Below, one piece after another: positions 1 to 10,165 of a DNA stretch of 64,000 bases. The notes beneath the pieces are model-generated. The model did not search any database and was not told the DNA's origin. It saw only the letters and a program-made list of their open reading frames with translations. The stretch covers positions 1-64,000 of the forward strand of contig CAVWEH010000005.1 in assembly GCA_963753975.1 (NCBI GenBank), in the 5' to 3' direction. How positions within the stretch are numbered: position 1 is the first letter of the stretch; every line of letters begins with the position of its first letter. This DNA comes from an uncultured delta proteobacterium (lineage in GTDB: Bacteria > Desulfobacterota > Syntrophia > Syntrophales > Smithellaceae). The position numbers and the translations under genes are program-made.

Positions 1-139
1 AAAAGTTGTTTCCTGGTCTCTATCATAGAGTTCAAATTAAATATTTTTAAATCGCGCTTGGAATAGCAATTTCAATTCCTGATTCTTTTGTGATTATTTT
101 ATCATAATTAATTGATTCGGGCATACTTTTTATAATTAT

Positions 140-1594
140 TTATGGAATAAACCGGAAGTTTTCAAATTGCCAAACATCGGCAGTTGGGGTGTTGGCCGGG
201 TTTTCTTTAAAATAGACTACGCGGTTTTTAATGGGAGTCCAGTCCGAAGCCTTGGAAATAAAATTGCCTAAATAAGGTTTAGCAATAGCCAGTACAAAGT
301 CGTGCGGTAAATCATCGGGTAAATTCAATCCCCTTTTCGGGTTTTCTATCATCCAAAGTACCGCGCTGATAACCCCGAGCGCGACCTGCAAAGTTGTGGC
401 ATTTTGTCCTGGCGCCAGCCTTCTGGCTTCTTCTATGGAAAGATCGCTGCCTGTCCACCAGGAAGTGTATTCATGGCCCATAAGCAAAGCGCCTAAGATA
501 TCCGCGCCAGTAGTAATTTCATCGCCCATAATTCTTAATTTTGGCGGCAAAACATAATTTCTGCCGCGAAGTTCGTAAATGGAAGACAAAGTTTCGTGGC
601 AAGGCATGTACGCGTAATGTACGGTGGGACGAAAAACGGCCTTTCCTTTTTCCCAGACTGTAAGTCGATCCGATAATCCAAAAGCTTCGCCATGGCGGAT
701 AACCATGCCCACAATTTCCTGGTCCGGAATCCAAGACCTGACCCAGGTGTTCATACCCATTTGCGCCAAAGCGATTTGGTTTTTTGGGCCATATGGCGGA
801 ACATGCGCCAGGTTCGGAAGTTTTTGCTCATGCGTACCCCAGCCCATTTCCGCCGGCGCCGTGCCTTCTTCCCGAAGGCCTTCTATGCTCCAGGTGCCTA
901 CGAATTCATCCACTTCCTTGGGGCGATTAGTAATTTGCGTGTCGCGCTCGCTGCAATGAATGACTTTGACCTTTAGTTTTTGGGCAAGCAAATTAAATTT
1001 TCGGGATTTGATTAATTCTTCCAGTTCTTCTTTGTCTTGCACGGTCACCTTGCCATCAGCTATCATTTTATTTGCAATATCAATCAGACCCTGTTTTACA
1101 AAATGTGAAATCAGCCCTGGATTAGCGCCATGGTCAACCACGGAACTTACGGAGTCTTTTGGCCAGTCTTTGATCATTTCGCGGAGTTTCATTTGCCGCC
1201 AGTACAAAGATTTTTCAAACGGACTGTCTTTGTGTATCCCTTCTAAAGAATCCCAAACCTCAACTGAAGTATTTATGTACAAAATGTTATTGTCATGGCA
1301 CCAGCCAATAATATCATTGGCGCCAATATTCCAGGCCAAATCTATAATCAGGCCGCCATTGCCAGTGTATTTGGCAAGCTCTTTGCCCATATTTTCCGGG
1401 GTAATGCGGTTGCGGACAAATTGTACACCTTGATCAGTAAATTTCTTTAAACTTTGGACTTTGTCTTCAAAATCCAGAACAGTGACATTTTTCGGGTCCA
1501 CTTTCAAATGCTCAAAAAGAATTGGCAAAGTGCATTGCGAAACCGAGCCATAGCCGATGATTAAAATTTTGTGGTCAAATTTTTTCTCAGCCAT
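140..1594 (-). CDS. hss: Homospermidine synthase
   Basis: 484 aa; N-terminal Rossmann motif (IIGYGSV), HGANPGLISHF, TWSIEG, PAEMGWG and NATTLQV motifs typical of bacterial HSS. Confidence 0.92.
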   Translation of the reverse strand: MAEKKFDHKILIIGYGSVSQCTLPILFEHLKVDPKNVTVLDFEDKVQSLKKFTDQGVQFVRNRITPENMGKELAKYTGNGGLIIDLAWNIGANDIIGWCHDNNILYINTSVEVWDSLEGIHKDSPFEKSLYWRQMKLREMIKDWPKDSVSSVVDHGANPGLISHFVKQGLIDIANKMIADGKVTVQDKEELEELIKSRKFNLLAQKLKVKVIHCSERDTQITNRPKEVDEFVGTWSIEGLREEGTAPAEMGWGTHEQKLPNLAHVPPYGPKNQIALAQMGMNTWVRSWIPDQEIVGMVIRHGEAFGLSDRLTVWEKGKAVFRPTVHYAYMPCHETLSSIYELRGRNYVLPPKLRIMGDEITTGADILGALLMGHEYTSWWTGSDLSIEEARRLAPGQNATTLQVALGVISAVLWMIENPKRGLNLPDDLPHDFVLAIAKPYLGNFISKASDWTPIKNRVVYFKENPANTPTADVWQFENFRFIP

Positions 1595-1749
1595 TTTTTT
1601 GATCCGTATCCGCCAAATAATAGTGTTCGAATTTGTTTTGTTCTTTTTTGATAAGATATTGATTTTACATGGTTGAACTATAGGAATTACGGTCTTGTGT
1701 CAAGGAAATCTTGGCCACAAAATGTAGGTTCGGATTATGTTCGTTACCG

Positions 1750-1814
1750 ATTGAAATGTTGTGTTAATTGGGAAAATAAGAAAATCAACAGTACAGGAAG
1801 AAGTGCTTGTTGAC
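1750..1814. repeat. 65-bp degenerate direct repeat, copy 1
   Basis: ATTGAAATGTTG..CAACAsTACAGGAAG..TTGAC aligns without gaps to 2497-2561. Confidence 0.75.
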
Positions 1815-1926
1815 TACACCTACAAGTCCTCAGTTTTTCGACTGAAAAAATCTGATAATTTACGTTAGAAAGTTGCAATCTTTTTACCATGTAATCTGAT
1901 TCCCTCGTGGTCTAAATGTAATATTT

Positions 1927-2259
1927 CTATAGAACCGCAACTACATTAATTTCTTTCAGGATTGCATCTTTGGCTTTTGCAGGCATATTAAGGAATTTTA
2001 CACCCATTCCAGTATCCTTTGACGAAGCGCCTTTATTAATCCACATAACTTCTGCATTAATTTCTATTTTTTTTAAATTGCCTATGGAAAAAATCAATTT
2101 TATTGTTGACCCTACTGCCGGCGGTCTTTCTGTATCAACAAACATGCCATCCGCCGAAATATTTTTTGTATAAGATATAAGATAATCATTTTCATGTACA
2201 TATGAAATTTCAAATTTAGTATCTAACCTTTTATTTATCCTGCGTTCATCTTTTGACAT
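1927..2259 (-). CDS. Single-domain PilZ protein (TIGR02266-like)
   Basis: ERRxxKR, NISADG and GMGVKF motifs. Confidence 0.85.
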   Translation of the reverse strand: MSKDERRINKRLDTKFEISYVHENDYLISYTKNISADGMFVDTERPPAVGSTIKLIFSIGNLKKIEINAEVMWINKGASSKDTGMGVKFLNMPAKAKDAILKEINVVAVL

Positions 2260-2496
2260 ATTATCTCCATTTCATTTATAACCGGTATTAAAGCATTTGC
2301 CGCATCATTGGCATTGTCTTCAAAGCAATGCTGACATTATCTAGTGAATTAATTATGAAAATATTATCCAGCCTGCTTCCTCATTGGTCATCTCAGCGAA
2401 AAACAGTCTTTAAGTAACGATGATATATCACATGTTAAGTTAGAATTCTGCCATTTTGTGTATAATTAGGTTCATGTCCTCGTTCATTCATTTCCA

Positions 2497-2561
2497 ATTG
2501 AAATGTTGCATAGGTAAGCAAAAATGAAAAAACAACACTACAGGAAGTTATCTATATTGAC
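2497..2561. repeat. 65-bp degenerate direct repeat, copy 2
   Basis: Aligns to 1750-1814. Confidence 0.75.
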
Positions 2562-2724
2562 ATTATAAGATGTTTAATTATCTGCACCGTTATTTGTTGA
2601 TAAAAATATGATTGGTCGATCGACACGCAGATAAACGCCATCCATGCTTAAAACCCAAAATAGCGAAAAGAGGTCAAAATGTGGACAGAGCAAAAAAGGC
2701 ATTGTCGGAAAAACCCTTGTAATT

Positions 2725-2801
2725 TGGTGCCCCTGGCGCGAGTCGAACGCGCGGCACACGGATTAGGAATCCGTTGCTCTATCCTTCTGAGCTACAGGGG
2801 C
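2725..2801 (-). tRNA. tRNA-Arg(CCT)
   Basis: Reverse complement GCCCCTGTAGCTCAGAAGGATAGAGCAACGGATTCCTAATCCGTGTGCCGCGCGTTCGACTCGCGCCAGGGGCACCA: cloverleaf, CCT anticodon, TTCGA T-loop, encoded CCA. Confidence 0.97.
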
Positions 2802-2827
2802 AACCGTTTTTCACAGGAATTGCCGCG

Positions 2828-2856
2828 ATTTAACACAGTTTCAGATTCTCTGTCAA
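2828..2856 (-). promoter_or_regulatory. Sigma70 promoter of the tRNA
   Basis: TTGACA-17-TTAAAT followed by GC-rich discriminator CGCGGC. Confidence 0.65.
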
Positions 2857-2900
2857 TTGTTATCAGGAATAGACTTCTCACCGCGTTCGCAGTAGCGCTG

Positions 2901-4355
2901 CTATCTTTCCGGCTCGAATTGATTTTTCGCCGACCAGAACGACGGCAGATGACGCGTTAAATAGATCAGGCTTTTTCGATGCTGCCAAATACGTCCGCGA
3001 AATTTTTTGCGCCAGACGGTATCGGAATAAAAGCGCTTCACATGCTCGTTATAGAGTTGATCAAGCTTTTCTTTGGAGGCAATGCCTTTAGGGATAAAAA
3101 CGAAATTCAAACAGTTCATCAGCCGCCAATTTTCATCAAAACTCCCCTCTTCCCTTATCGTTAACCACAACGGTGCACCGGGAAACGGTGTGAATTTCGC
3201 CATGTTCATGTCATCCAGCCCCAGCGAAATGATGAAATCAGAAGTATGATGGATAGATTCTTCCGTTTCGCCGGGCAAACCCATCATAAAAAGGCCTTTG
3301 GCGCGTAATCCTGCCTTCTGAATCCGACGGACTGTATCGCGCACATCATCGAGCGATACGCCGGCCTTGTGTCTCGCCAGCATTTGCGGGTCGGCGGATT
3401 CAATGCCCAGGGATACCATGAGGCATCCGGCACTTTTCAGCATCCGTAAAAGCTCATCATCCGTGTAGCCCACACGCACGGCGCAATTGAAATTTATTCC
3501 TAAAGGGAAGCGACTGAGTTTGTCACAAAGCTCGACAACCCTCTGGCGGTTGGCCGTAAACAAATCGTCGTAAATATTTATGTGCCTCACGCCAAACCTT
3601 TCCCGTAAATACTTCATGTGTTCATAAATATATGGGGCAGAATTGTAGCGGAAACCTTTTTTAAAAACCGAACGGTCGCAGTAGGAGCATTGATATATGC
3701 AGCCCCGCGAGGTGATCATGGTCGCTCCGGGTATCTGCGTGTAACTGAACAAGGGCAAATGGTAGTCGCGGGGAAAACCTTTGAGTTTCTCGTAGGCAGG
3801 AAACGGCAGGCTGTCCAAATCGGGTATTTTCTCCCTGGGCTCGTTGGTCATCACTTCTTTGCCCTGGCGCCGGATCAATCCTTTGATATCGGCCGGTTCA
3901 AATCCCGCAGCAAGCTCGGCCATAGTCAGCTCGCCTTCGCCCGCAACAAGAAAATCAAAGACGGGGTAATCTTGCAGAAGCTTTTGCTCCAGTGCCGAAA
4001 CATGGACTCCGCCGCAGACTGTCATAATGTCAGGTGATTGTTCTTTGATTTTTTGCGCGAGGTCGGCGGCGTCGGGAAACGAAGATGTTGTTGCCGAAAA
4101 ACCGACGATCTGCGGCCGGTAGGCTAAAACTGCCCGCACCTGCTTTTGCAGGTCAACCGGGGCTTCCGGGCCAAGGCAATCGTAAACAAAAACATCATGA
4201 CCCCGCTCTATCAAATAAGCGGCGATGGAGAGAAGCCCCTGCGGAACCATCCGGTTGGCGATATCGGTAATGTCGCGTTTCCCCGGAAACCAGTTGAATC
4301 CCCGGGGATGAACAAGGACAATACGTTTTTTTTGTTGAGACCGAAAAGTTGTCAT
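2901..4355 (-). CDS. B12-binding domain radical SAM protein (class B methyltransferase-like)
   Basis: N-terminal cobalamin-binding region (GLLSIAAYL, CGGVH), SRGCIYQCSYC motif, GIES, GLPGET, TPFPG. Confidence 0.9.
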   Translation of the reverse strand: MTTFRSQQKKRIVLVHPRGFNWFPGKRDITDIANRMVPQGLLSIAAYLIERGHDVFVYDCLGPEAPVDLQKQVRAVLAYRPQIVGFSATTSSFPDAADLAQKIKEQSPDIMTVCGGVHVSALEQKLLQDYPVFDFLVAGEGELTMAELAAGFEPADIKGLIRRQGKEVMTNEPREKIPDLDSLPFPAYEKLKGFPRDYHLPLFSYTQIPGATMITSRGCIYQCSYCDRSVFKKGFRYNSAPYIYEHMKYLRERFGVRHINIYDDLFTANRQRVVELCDKLSRFPLGINFNCAVRVGYTDDELLRMLKSAGCLMVSLGIESADPQMLARHKAGVSLDDVRDTVRRIQKAGLRAKGLFMMGLPGETEESIHHTSDFIISLGLDDMNMAKFTPFPGAPLWLTIREEGSFDENWRLMNCLNFVFIPKGIASKEKLDQLYNEHVKRFYSDTVWRKKFRGRIWQHRKSLIYLTRHLPSFWSAKNQFEPER

Positions 4356-4382
4356 TCTAGAAAATATGCTAAATTGAAAAAA

Positions 4383-5384
4383 TTATTTTGTTGATGCAAC
4401 GACCAACGTCTGCTTGCCCGAAGCATGACAATTATAATGCACGAAATGAGCGGACTGTATTTGTTGCAGGGCGCGGGCTATCCCGAAAGCCGCTGCTGTC
4501 GGATGAATACCGCAGTAAGGCAAGTAGTCGTCGATTTCCCAGCCTTTGGACTTCCAGAAATGAGAATCGATTTTATTCATACGGAAACCCGGCAACAAAA
4601 AGTGCTTCTTTCCGCTTGCAGCTGCCTCAGGAATTAATTTTTCGCCGATGCTTAAAATATTTTCGCCCCGCGAAAATTCTTTCGGCGGGATTAATTTATT
4701 GCCGAATTCTACAGCTAAAATATCACCTATCTTTTCCTCGGAGCTTGCGCCGAGTAAAAGCCAGGAGCTTCCTTCACCCATAGGCAGCAGACGGGAATTA
4801 CCGGGCTGCAAATCCATCCGTTCACGGTATTCTCCAATCGTCGGAGTAAAAACGTCACAGCCGCCGACCAGTGCCAAATCGAGCAGGCCCTGTTCCAAAT
4901 AGCTCTGCGCCAGCCAGAGCGCCGACTCAAATGATAATTCTTCTTCCGATATCGTCAGGACAACTCCCTTGATTTCACAAATCCGCGCCAGAAAAAAGGC
5001 GGCGGCGTTGCTCACCGAATTGGCGAATTGATTCGGGCTGGGAAATCCGCCCTCATGTTTGAAAACCTGGGTAATGAACGGCAATATTTCATCGACATTC
5101 CCCAAACCCGTGGCCAAAAAAATTCCTGCTTTTTTTGTTTTTAAATAATCGGAAGGAACTTTTTTCAGACAACTCAACGCCCCACAGCAGACCATTTTGA
5201 TGAATCTTCCGGCGCGGCGCATCGGCTGTCCCATGATTTCGGCAATCAAATCATCCGCATTTAGCGGCAGCTTTTCTTCTTCACAGGTCACATCGCGATC
5301 GGGCACAAGCGCGGGGCCGATGTAGCTTGCCGCGATCACGGGCAGGGAAGGAATAGTTTTCTTTTCGTGTGGTCGAGAGGACAT
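4383..5384 (-). CDS. Beta-ketoacyl synthase chain-length-factor-like subunit (non-catalytic)
   Basis: SPNQFANSVSNAA and LSFESAL (no catalytic Cys); directly follows an active KS; start placed at MSSRP. Confidence 0.75.
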   Translation of the reverse strand: MSSRPHEKKTIPSLPVIAASYIGPALVPDRDVTCEEEKLPLNADDLIAEIMGQPMRRAGRFIKMVCCGALSCLKKVPSDYLKTKKAGIFLATGLGNVDEILPFITQVFKHEGGFPSPNQFANSVSNAAAFFLARICEIKGVVLTISEEELSFESALWLAQSYLEQGLLDLALVGGCDVFTPTIGEYRERMDLQPGNSRLLPMGEGSSWLLLGASSEEKIGDILAVEFGNKLIPPKEFSRGENILSIGEKLIPEAAASGKKHFLLPGFRMNKIDSHFWKSKGWEIDDYLPYCGIHPTAAAFGIARALQQIQSAHFVHYNCHASGKQTLVVASTK

Positions 5385-5389
5385 TTTCT

Positions 5390-6559
5390 TTATTCCTTGG
5401 TAATCAAATAACTCGTGCATGTACCGCCGAATCCAAAATAGCTGCAGAGATATGCGCCGTTTGGTGCCGGATTGTTTTTTAATGCCGGGGCAAATCCTAT
5501 CTCCGGATCGGCCTCAATGAAACCAAAACTGCGGGGAAGCACTCCTTTTTCCAGACAGGAAAGCCAGACGGCTGTTTCCACAGCGCCGGCCGCACCCAGG
5601 GCGTGTCCAATTGCACCTTTCAGGGAAATCACGGGGGGAAGTTTTTTCCCAAAAAGTTTGACCAAACCTCTTCCTTCGGAAAGGTCGTTGTCCCTTGTAC
5701 CCGTACCGTGGGCTTTAATCGCTACGACATCGCCGGAAAGCACCTGCGCCGAGGCTAAGGTTTGTTGAATGACATTGCCGACAAGTTCACCATCAACTCC
5801 TGCCGAAGTAAGGCTGCTATTATCGTTGAACAAGTAGCCTCCGGCAAACTTATATTTTCCTTTTCTTCGGGCAGGCAATCCATTTTGCTCCATGATTACG
5901 GCCGCCACGCCCTCTCCTATTTGCATGCCGGACCGGGTAGCGCAAAACGGACGGCACTGATCATAATCGTAAAGAAGCAGGCTGGCAAATCCATGTAAAG
6001 TCAGATTCAAAAGCGGCTCGAAGCCGACGACAATCGCCCGGCGAATTTTTTTCTGCTCCAAAAGCTGCGCGGCAACTACCAGGGCGTGCGAGCTGGAAAC
6101 ACAAGCCATGCTGAAAGTCAGCGTCATGCCCCTAATGCCGTATTTGCCGGCAATTAAACCGGCTACCTCCCCAGGCCCTCTGTTGCGGCAGGAGATGGCC
6201 GGTGATTCCTTGTCTGGATTTTTGCGCACCGCTTCGGTAAATTCATATTCATTGCGGATGAAAAGGCCGCCTGTTGTTCCCACCAGCAAGCCGGATTCGG
6301 CAATTTCAGCAGGAGATAGTCCCGCCCTCGATATCGCTTCGTTAAGCGCGCTATCCAGCATCGCCTGGGATTTCTCCAGAGGATTGCCTGCATAGGGAAC
6401 TTCAAAAGCCTTATATTCGCGGCTGATTAAATGGGAGGAACTGCCTGCTTTTGCCGGCGTCACTTTTCCGTGAATCAGGTTCTCAGCCGACTCAGGCGCG
6501 CTCCAACCAAGCGCGGTTACGGCTCCCCAACCGCGCACATAAATATCGCTTTTTTTCAC
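5390..6559 (-). CDS. Beta-ketoacyl-ACP synthase (active KS)
   Basis: Cys-His-His triad: MACVSS, HGTGT, KGAIGHALGAAG. Confidence 0.9.
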   Translation of the reverse strand: MKKSDIYVRGWGAVTALGWSAPESAENLIHGKVTPAKAGSSSHLISREYKAFEVPYAGNPLEKSQAMLDSALNEAISRAGLSPAEIAESGLLVGTTGGLFIRNEYEFTEAVRKNPDKESPAISCRNRGPGEVAGLIAGKYGIRGMTLTFSMACVSSSHALVVAAQLLEQKKIRRAIVVGFEPLLNLTLHGFASLLLYDYDQCRPFCATRSGMQIGEGVAAVIMEQNGLPARRKGKYKFAGGYLFNDNSSLTSAGVDGELVGNVIQQTLASAQVLSGDVVAIKAHGTGTRDNDLSEGRGLVKLFGKKLPPVISLKGAIGHALGAAGAVETAVWLSCLEKGVLPRSFGFIEADPEIGFAPALKNNPAPNGAYLCSYFGFGGTCTSYLITKE

Positions 6560-6867
6560 TTTTTAACCTTTGGTGCGTTGATGACAAAATCGGCCAGTGT
6601 ATCAAACGACTGCATCGCTTTGGCCGCGGTTGATGCGTTCTTTAGTTCCACGCCGAACTGATACCGGAGCTCCATAGCAATTTCCATGGCATCAAGGCTA
6701 TCCAACTTAAGCGGACCCGGCCCGCCGATAAAAGGAACGTCGGTGGGTATATCTTCCGGTTTCACGTCTTTAATTTCACACGCCTTAATAATCAGTTCTT
6801 TAAGCTTAAAAATCAACTCTTCTCTCGATGATACATTTAATTCTTTTAAAGCCCGGCTTACATCCAT
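6556..6867 (-). CDS. Acyl carrier protein
   Basis: LDSLDAME phosphopantetheine site; 103 aa. Confidence 0.9.
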   Translation of the reverse strand: MDVSRALKELNVSSREELIFKLKELIIKACEIKDVKPEDIPTDVPFIGGPGPLKLDSLDAMEIAMELRYQFGVELKNASTAAKAMQSFDTLADFVINAPKVKK

Positions 6868-7979
6868 TTAACTTTCCTCCCTGCTATATAAAAACAACCC
6901 AATGCAAAAAGCATTAAAATAATTATTTTCGGTAAAATAAAACCAAAGGACGCGTCGCGCAAAAACACATCCAGATAGGCCTGATGCGCCCAATACATCG
7001 GTGAAATCATCGCCAGTTTTTTCATTACCAGCGGCATAACTACATACGGCACCATAATGCCGCCGAATACTCCCATCAACACCGCCCCTGTTGCTGCGAT
7101 TGTGGAAGCTTGCTCAGGTGTTCGCGCCAGAGACGCCACTAACACGCCAAAACCAGTAGATGCCGCGGCGACAACAATCGTAATCGGCATTAGATACCAC
7201 GGATGTTCACCCATGTTAAACGGTAAATTAATTACGCATGGCATTATATAAACTCCCACGATAAGCATTAATACGAACTGAACTAAATTAATCAAATAAT
7301 AGGGAATAAGTTTGCCCAGGATAATCAAACTGGCACTTATGGGATAGGTAAAAAGGCGCTGTAAAGTACCGGCATTTTTTTCCCGTAAAAAGCCGATGGA
7401 CATGGGAATGGCAATAAAAAACATCGCAAAAATTGACCAGCCGGGAACACTTTGCTGCAGCGGGCTGGGGAAAGTGCGATTTTTTTTTGTCTTTTCGACA
7501 ACAAAATTAGAGGTTAGAGTTTCAATATCATCTATACCCATAACCACTTCCGCAGTCAGGCCGGTAATAAGAGAACGTAACGCGACTTTATAGCCGGCAT
7601 CAAGCACGGGATCGAATTCCATTTCTACCGGTTTTGTGCCGTCGCCAAACCCTTCCGGTATAATAATTACAGCGTGTGCGCTACCGGATTCAAAAAGCAT
7701 GTCGTCATCATAGCCAGCCGGACGTTGGACACGCCGAACCAACTTGCTTGCGCTTATTTTTTCTTCCAGCTTGAGAGCCTTCGGTGTATGAGCAGCGTTT
7801 TCCAGAACCAATAAAATCTGATGGCCGGTGAATTTATCCGCATAGACTCCTTCCAGCGCCAAAGACAGGAAAAAAATCAGCGCTACGGGCATGATGAATA
7901 AGACAGGAATGGTCTGGCGGTCGCGCAATAACACCAGTATTTCTTTCCTGATTAATTCTTTCAATTTCCTGAAGATCAA
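6858..7979 (-). CDS. ABC-2 type exporter permease
   Basis: KEILVLLRD start, REKNAGTLQRL motif, several TM helices; TTG start uncertain. Confidence 0.88.
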   Translation of the reverse strand: MIFRKLKELIRKEILVLLRDRQTIPVLFIMPVALIFFLSLALEGVYADKFTGHQILLVLENAAHTPKALKLEEKISASKLVRRVQRPAGYDDDMLFESGSAHAVIIIPEGFGDGTKPVEMEFDPVLDAGYKVALRSLITGLTAEVVMGIDDIETLTSNFVVEKTKKNRTFPSPLQQSVPGWSIFAMFFIAIPMSIGFLREKNAGTLQRLFTYPISASLIILGKLIPYYLINLVQFVLMLIVGVYIMPCVINLPFNMGEHPWYLMPITIVVAAASTGFGVLVASLARTPEQASTIAATGAVLMGVFGGIMVPYVVMPLVMKKLAMISPMYWAHQAYLDVFLRDASFGFILPKIIILMLFALGCFYIAGRKVKWM

Positions 7980-7994
7980 TTTACTTCGGCCTCA

Positions 7995-8123
7995 TCACGG
8001 GTATGAACCCAAAAACAAGTTTTGGGGTTCATACCCTCCGCTTCGCGGGATAATTCGCCCTGCAAGCTTCAGCGGAGTGACCTTTAGGTTATGCACTCCG
8101 TTTCTGAAACTTGGGTCTCATTA
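7995..8123 (-). repeat. Composite hairpin repeat locus A (expanded 54-nt unit at 8051-8123 plus downstream hairpin modules)
   Basis: Minus strand TAATGA GACC CAAGTTTCAG AA ACGGAGT GCA TAACCTAAAGGTCA CTCCG CTGAAGCTTG CA GGGC GAATTA, then TCCCGCGAAGCGGA and GGGTATGAACCC..GGGTTCATACCCGTGAT. Confidence 0.88.
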
Positions 8124-8181
8124 TAATTTACCAATTTCCCTGCACTTCGTTATGGAAATTGTAGTTTCAAAAATAAATACT

Positions 8182-8928
8182 TCAGTTTTCATCGCGCAGA
8201 TCATGCCCGGTCCGCTCCAAAAAAAACCTTTCCAGATTATCGATTTCGTTCATATCGCCGGAAAATACGACGGAACCATTGTCCAGGAGCGTTATTCTGG
8301 AACACAAGCGCTGCGCTTCGTCCATGATATGCGTGCATAAAACAACCGTTACTCCTGCTGTGTTCATTTTTTTTAACAGCTCATAAATATGATGGCGGCT
8401 CTGCGGATCAACTCCGACGGTGGGTTCATCCAACAACAGCAGTTGCGGTGAATGCAGGAGAGCAACAGCCAGATTTAACCGGCGCAACATGCCTCCGGAG
8501 TAGGTCGATACGCGTTTTCGAGCATAAGACAAAAGTCCTGTTTCAGTCAATACTTCCGCTGACCGTTCTTTTATAAGCTTGTCCGCAAGCCCAGCCATGA
8601 CGCCAAAGATGCGCAAGTTTTCCATCGCTGTTAGTGTTGTATATACCGATATGGGCTGAGGCGCGTAACCAATAAGATTTAATGCCTCTTTATTTACGTT
8701 TTTATAGCCGTAAATATTTATCTCCCCTGTGTATCCCCTCAACTGCCCGGTAATCAACCGCATCAGAGTGGTCTTGCCTGCGCCGTTCGGCCCTAAAAGG
8801 GCATGAAATTGACCGGCCTCCACAGACATGGAGAAATCACGCAGAGCGTGTTCATTCCCTGCTATACTTGATTTGTCCACCGGTTGATTGTAAGAAAAAT
8901 TTATTCCGGAAATTTCCAGAGCCTTCAT
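8182..8928 (-). CDS. ABC transporter ATP-binding protein
   Basis: GPNGAGKT, YSGGM, LLLLDEPT. Confidence 0.95.
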   Translation of the reverse strand: MKALEISGINFSYNQPVDKSSIAGNEHALRDFSMSVEAGQFHALLGPNGAGKTTLMRLITGQLRGYTGEINIYGYKNVNKEALNLIGYAPQPISVYTTLTAMENLRIFGVMAGLADKLIKERSAEVLTETGLLSYARKRVSTYSGGMLRRLNLAVALLHSPQLLLLDEPTVGVDPQSRHHIYELLKKMNTAGVTVVLCTHIMDEAQRLCSRITLLDNGSVVFSGDMNEIDNLERFFLERTGHDLRDEN

Positions 8929-9959
8929 GCCTTGAGATTCCTGACAACAGTATTAAGAGTTTTAAAAAACTCTTCTTCCCGTCCCGCGCAGATAAGCATC
9001 AATCCGCCTGCCTTGCCAAAGTTATCTTCGGACTGACCTCTTTGTTTAATGATCCGCGCAGACACCACGGCAAATTCGCGCCATATATCGCCGATGGCCG
9101 TCATTTCTTGCGATAATTGGCGAAGCTCCGCCGAACCAAAAAGATCGGCCGCCTCCTCAAGAAATGCGGCATACATGAAACGGAATCCCGCGCCGCCTGT
9201 GCCTACTTCTTCCTGCATGCGGACAACATTGGCCAGATGCCGACAGGCTTCATGAAAACCGATCTTATCAGGCATTTTGATAATTCTTTTGGCGAGCGAA
9301 CGTATACCGCGAATACCGAAAATCGGCAGGGGAATCTTCAACATCATATTGCAGGTATCCTTCATGCCTTTGATACAGGCCAAACGAAGATCAGGATTTT
9401 GAGGAATGGATTTTGGATAATACATAAACCCATGCGGCTCGAGCGGTCCACGCGCAAAACGCGCCCTTTCCAGATCTTCAGTCAGGCAATCCACAGGATG
9501 ATCCAGTACCGGATCACTGATACGGAAACCGTTTTCAATTTGGCACAAAACAATAATATTATGACCATTGAATTGAAAGCGGAAGCGATTGGGGAAATAA
9601 GAAAGCCAGTAGATGTTGGTCGTCAATCCCACAATCTGCCCTTCTTTCAACACGCGGCGCAATTCATCCATACCTTTTTGCGGATTACGGAAACGCTGCG
9701 TGACAAATTCACCCCCCAATCTTTTTGCCGCCTTGCGAAAGACAGCCCCCGGTTGAGACCGGAAAGTGCTGATCGGTAATCCGACCCATTTGACAAACGG
9801 CAGATGGCCGAAAAATATCCCGCTGCCGATGCCGAAAATCATGGCTTCGCTGATTTCCACTCCTTTATCCCTAAACAAAGCCGAAGTAACGCCGCTTTCA
9901 CAATGTGCTGAATGATGATGAATAAAAGGCTCTCCGCCTGCTGTCATTTCGGTAGTCAT
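8925..9959 (-). CDS. BtrH N-terminal domain / DUF4872 protein (papain-like hydrolase)
   Basis: HCESG Cys, FNGH His, EEVGTGGAGFRFMYAAFL motif. Confidence 0.8.
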   Translation of the reverse strand: MTTEMTAGGEPFIHHHSAHCESGVTSALFRDKGVEISEAMIFGIGSGIFFGHLPFVKWVGLPISTFRSQPGAVFRKAAKRLGGEFVTQRFRNPQKGMDELRRVLKEGQIVGLTTNIYWLSYFPNRFRFQFNGHNIIVLCQIENGFRISDPVLDHPVDCLTEDLERARFARGPLEPHGFMYYPKSIPQNPDLRLACIKGMKDTCNMMLKIPLPIFGIRGIRSLAKRIIKMPDKIGFHEACRHLANVVRMQEEVGTGGAGFRFMYAAFLEEAADLFGSAELRQLSQEMTAIGDIWREFAVVSARIIKQRGQSEDNFGKAGGLMLICAGREEEFFKTLNTVVRNLKA

Positions 9960-9978
9960 TTGCTGACTGCTACCTTTC

Positions 9979-10154
9979 TAATGAGACCCAAGTTTCAGAA
10001 ACGAAGTGCATAACCTGAAGGTCACTGCCGCTGAAACTTGCTGGTCGAATTAATGAAACTGCAATTCCGAAAGCCCAGCGCATCGGAATTGGTAAGTTGA
10101 ATTATCCCACAGCCGAAGGCTATTGGGATATCCCACATGCATAGCATTGTGGGA
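9979..10154 (+). repeat. Composite hairpin repeat locus B (units 9979-10052 and 10051-10104 plus two hairpins)
   Basis: Two tandem TAATGA..GAATTA units sharing a TA, followed by TATCCCACAGCCGAAGGCTATTGGGATA and TCCCACATGCATAGCATTGTGGGA. Confidence 0.9.
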
Positions 10155-10165
10155 CCGTATTGTAG

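Noticed and set aside
2600..2724. Integrated element at the tRNA-Arg 3' end
   Set aside because: No integrase and no second copy of the tRNA 3' end seen in the window
2574..2960. ORFs 2574-2759 and 2679-2960
   Set aside because: They overlap the tRNA and are spurious
9979..10104. The 54-nt units resemble eukaryotic SECIS elements (AUGA..GA core, apical AA plus mini-stem)
   Set aside because: Copies occur both sense and antisense to the operon, neighbouring genes have no in-frame UGA, and selD has its own bacterial-type hairpin
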